This document shows positions 61,186 to 64,000 of a stretch of DNA of 64,000 bases, in pieces. Made by a program: the position numbers and the translations under genes. How positions within the stretch are numbered: the first letter of the stretch is position 1; each line of letters begins with the position of its first letter. The notes under the pieces were generated by a model. That model made no database searches. It saw only the letters and a program-made list of their open reading frames with translations, and was not told where the DNA came from. Source of the stretch: Balanoglossus misakiensis (Eukaryota; Animalia; Hemichordata); NCBI GenBank assembly GCA_040954595.2, contig CM082592.2, positions 2,855,462-2,919,461 of the forward strand. Reading direction: 5' to 3'.

Positions 61186-63246
61186 ACGGTGGCCGATACC
61201 GACACTCCTCTGCTATGCTAAGTCGGCCTCCTCTGCTATGCTAAGTCCTCCTCTGCTATGCTAATTCCTGCGATGCTATGCTAATTCCTGCGATGCTATG
61301 CTAAGTCCTGCGATGCTAACTGAATCCGATCTGCTGCCGACCTCCTCTGCTATGCTATGTCGATCTGCAATGCTATGCTAAGTCCTGCGATGCTATGCTA
61401 ATTCCTGCGATGCTAACTGAATCCGATCTGCTGCCGACCTCCTCTGCTATGCTATGTCGATCTGCGATGCTATGCTAAGTCCTGCGATGCTATGCTAATT
61501 CCTGCGATGCTAACTGAATCTGATCAGCTGTCGACCTCCTCTGCTATGCTATGTCGATCTGCGATGCTATGCTAAGTCCTGCGATGCTAACTTAACCGGA
61601 AGTACTGGAGTACATTTTTACGAACAAACATACGCTCGTCTCACATGCGGCCGGACTTGCTGTTTGGCGACTGATTTGGGCGAGCGGAGAAAGCATTAAG
61701 TGATAATAGAAATAATATATGAATATCTTATCCATAAAATTTGTTTCGAAGATACGGATTTTGTAGGCGGCGACAACGTCTGCAATTAGAGGCGATCGTT
61801 TCCCCACTTTCCAATCCTAGAAATCAAGACTTCATTTGCGGTCCTACTAATTACTGCCTGTAGCTGTCCGTCATTTTCTGTGGAAATTGGCTGATCAGTT
61901 TAGCCCAATATGATGTAATAAATATCGTGAATGATTTTTCAAGGAGTCTTTTTTCTTAGACTGACTATTGGCTAAACGTTATATTTAGAGGTTAAACGGC
62001 TGCCAGAGGGTATTTGGGTGCAGGACCTCTCATGTGAAAATTAGTTTCCCCATAGCATATTTGGCGGGAAATAATCACCGAGCGAAGTGTTATAGAATTT
62101 CTAAAGTCGCACGACTTTATCCATGTTATCCCACATCCAGTAACTTGAATAAAGTGTGTTCTCTTGTATGTGTTCCATTTCTAAATTATTCACTGTTCTT
62201 GGTCCATTTTTTTGCGAGAATATAAACCCTGGCTCTTGCCAATCAGCAAGCAGGATTCACACCAAGCATATTATAATAAAGTCATGAAACTAATGGATCC
62301 CTCTGTTTCTGTGACTTGTAAGCTGTCTTTTGTCTTTATTCATCTCCCAACAGTAAAATGTATGCTAATTTTCACATGAGAGGTCCTGCACCCAAATACC
62401 CTCTGGCAGCCGTTTAACCTCTAAATATAACGTTTAGCCAATAGTCAGTCTAAGAAAAAAGACTCCTTGAAAAATCATTCACGATATTTATTACATCATA
62501 TTGGGCTAAACTGATCAGCCAATTTCCACAGAAAATGACGGGCAGCTACAGGCAGTAATTAGTAGGACCGCAAATGAAGTCTTGATTTCTAGGATTGGAA
62601 AGTGGGGAAACGATCGCCTCTAATTGCAGACGTTGTCGCCGCCTACAAAATCCGTATCTTCGAAACAAATTTTATGGATAAGATATTCATATATTATTTC
62701 TATTATCACTTAATGCTTTCTCCGCTCGCCCAAATCAGTCGCCAAACAGCAAGTCCGGCCGCATGTGAGACGAGCGTATGTTTGTTCGTAAAAATGTACT
62801 CCAGTACTTCCGGTTAAGTTAGCATCGCAGGACTTAGCATAGCATCGCAGATCGACATAGCATAGCAGAGGAGGTCGACAGCTGATCAGATTCAGTTAGC
62901 ATCGCAGGAATTAGCATAGCATCGCAGGACTTAGCATAGCATCGCAGATCGACATAGCATAGCAGAGGAGATCGGCAGCAGATCGGATTCAGTTAGCATC
63001 GCAGGAATTAGCATAGCATCGCAGGACTTAGCATAGCATTGCAGATCGACATAGCATAGCAGAGGAGGTCGGCAGCAGATCGGATTCAGTTAGCATCGCA
63101 GGAATTAGCATAGCATCGCAGGACTTAGCATAGCAGAGGAGGAATTAGCATAGCAGAGGAGGACTTAGCATAGCAGAGGAGGCCGACTTAGCATAGCAGA
63201 GGAGGTCGACTTAGCATAGCAGAGGAGTGTCGGTTTCGGCTACCGT
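61186..63246. mobile_element. Foldback-type element: ~860/880-bp inverted arms (tandem-repeat outer domain plus unique inner domain) around a 320-bp spacer
   Basis: 61187-62044 is the near-perfect reverse complement of 62365-63245; identical 71-aa ORFs are called on opposite strands. The flanks read either as TA/TA or as the 8-bp near-TSD atgtgcat/atgtgcac. Confidence 0.9.
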
Positions 63247-63733
63247 ATGTGCACATGATTTTGCGTCAAATGACCTCAACTTCCTTGGTGGGTGATACTG
63301 AAGTGAGACTAGGATTCGGTTTCGGATTCAGTCGTGTGCGGGCGCTCCATGACATGCCATGCACACGACTGAATCTTTCGGGGGGGGGGGGGGGGGGGTA
63401 TTTTAGTTAGTTTGGTCTGGTTACCAAATCAACCTCCTTCCATCTTTTATGCTGGACATGATCATGAAACTCATTACCGGGGTTTCACACCAATGAGGGA
63501 GGGGTATGTTGGGGTGGGGGGTGGGGGGCGAAGATTGTTGAGCACAACGACCTCAACAGGAGGGGGGGGGGCGCGTTTGCCTGATTGAAGGTGGTTCATT
63601 GTCAGATTATTAAAGGTATACCGCCAATGTGGTACCATTGTAAAAGGTTGACATTCTGGGATGGTATGTGGTATCAGTTGAAGTGAGAATTTTCAATAAA
63701 ACACAACTTTATTAGACTACCTAATGGATGTAA

Positions 63734-64000
63734 GGCTGCATTCACAAACACCTCTGGAGGGGGGGGCGGGAGAATTTCATTTTTTTTACCGTTTATTTTC
63801 ACATGCCCCCCTCAACAACCCGAAATATTTTCAAATCCCCCCCCTTCCGAACTGCTAAAATTTTCAAGTCCCCCCCCCATTTTCTTTCACTCAGCAAAAC
63901 ACATCACCTACCTACAATGTATCTTGTAAAAAAGAAAAACAGCGCTCCCATGAAAAGAATTTGAAACTGATGTTTCCCCTCATCAGTGGGTATTAAAACT
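63734..64000. mobile_element. PIF/Harbinger-type MITE, second copy of 18916-19689, cut by the window end
   Basis: TAA-ggctgcattcacaaacacctctggagggggg followed by a collinear match to ~18916-19182. Confidence 0.85.

Noticed and set aside
61201-61591. Short repeated units that superficially resemble a CRISPR array
   Set aside because: There are no unique spacers and no cas genes, and the context is eukaryotic. This is the tandem outer domain of the foldback arm.
61592-62817. Identical 71-aa ORFs on opposite strands (61592-61807 and 62602-62817)
   Set aside because: A by-product of the inverted repeat. They start at GTG and show no recognisable domain.

Overview
This is AT-rich, intron-containing animal genomic DNA, not prokaryotic. 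By inference it is a marine invertebrate deuterostome, possibly a hemichordate. Seven spliced protein-coding genes were rebuilt by hand from GT-AG boundaries and reading-frame phase: the 3' end of TRMT44 (+), VPS33A (-, 15 exons), an uncharacterised signal-peptide/GPI-type protein with two CARDB/Ig-like repeats (+), TBC1D22 (-, 11 exons), LAGE3/Pcc1 (+, missed by the ORF track), DRC10/IQCD (+) and GRAMD4 (-, 16 exons). Mobile DNA is abundant. It includes a young 5'-truncated LINE with an uninterrupted 2.7-kb RT frame and a perfect 13-bp TSD, a 2.06-kb foldback element with ~860-880-bp modular inverted arms at the GRAMD4 5' end, a Helentron-associated (HINE-like) element carrying a 239-bp satellite array, a probable decayed 3-kb DNA transposon, and many Kolobok-, piggyBac-, Harbinger- and Tc1/mariner-type MITEs. 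The most novel candidates are the foldback element, the exon-modular GPI protein, the satellite-bearing HINE and a structured hairpin-ACA segment in TBC1D22 intron 1. Gene names come from recalled similarity to human orthologues; no database search was run.
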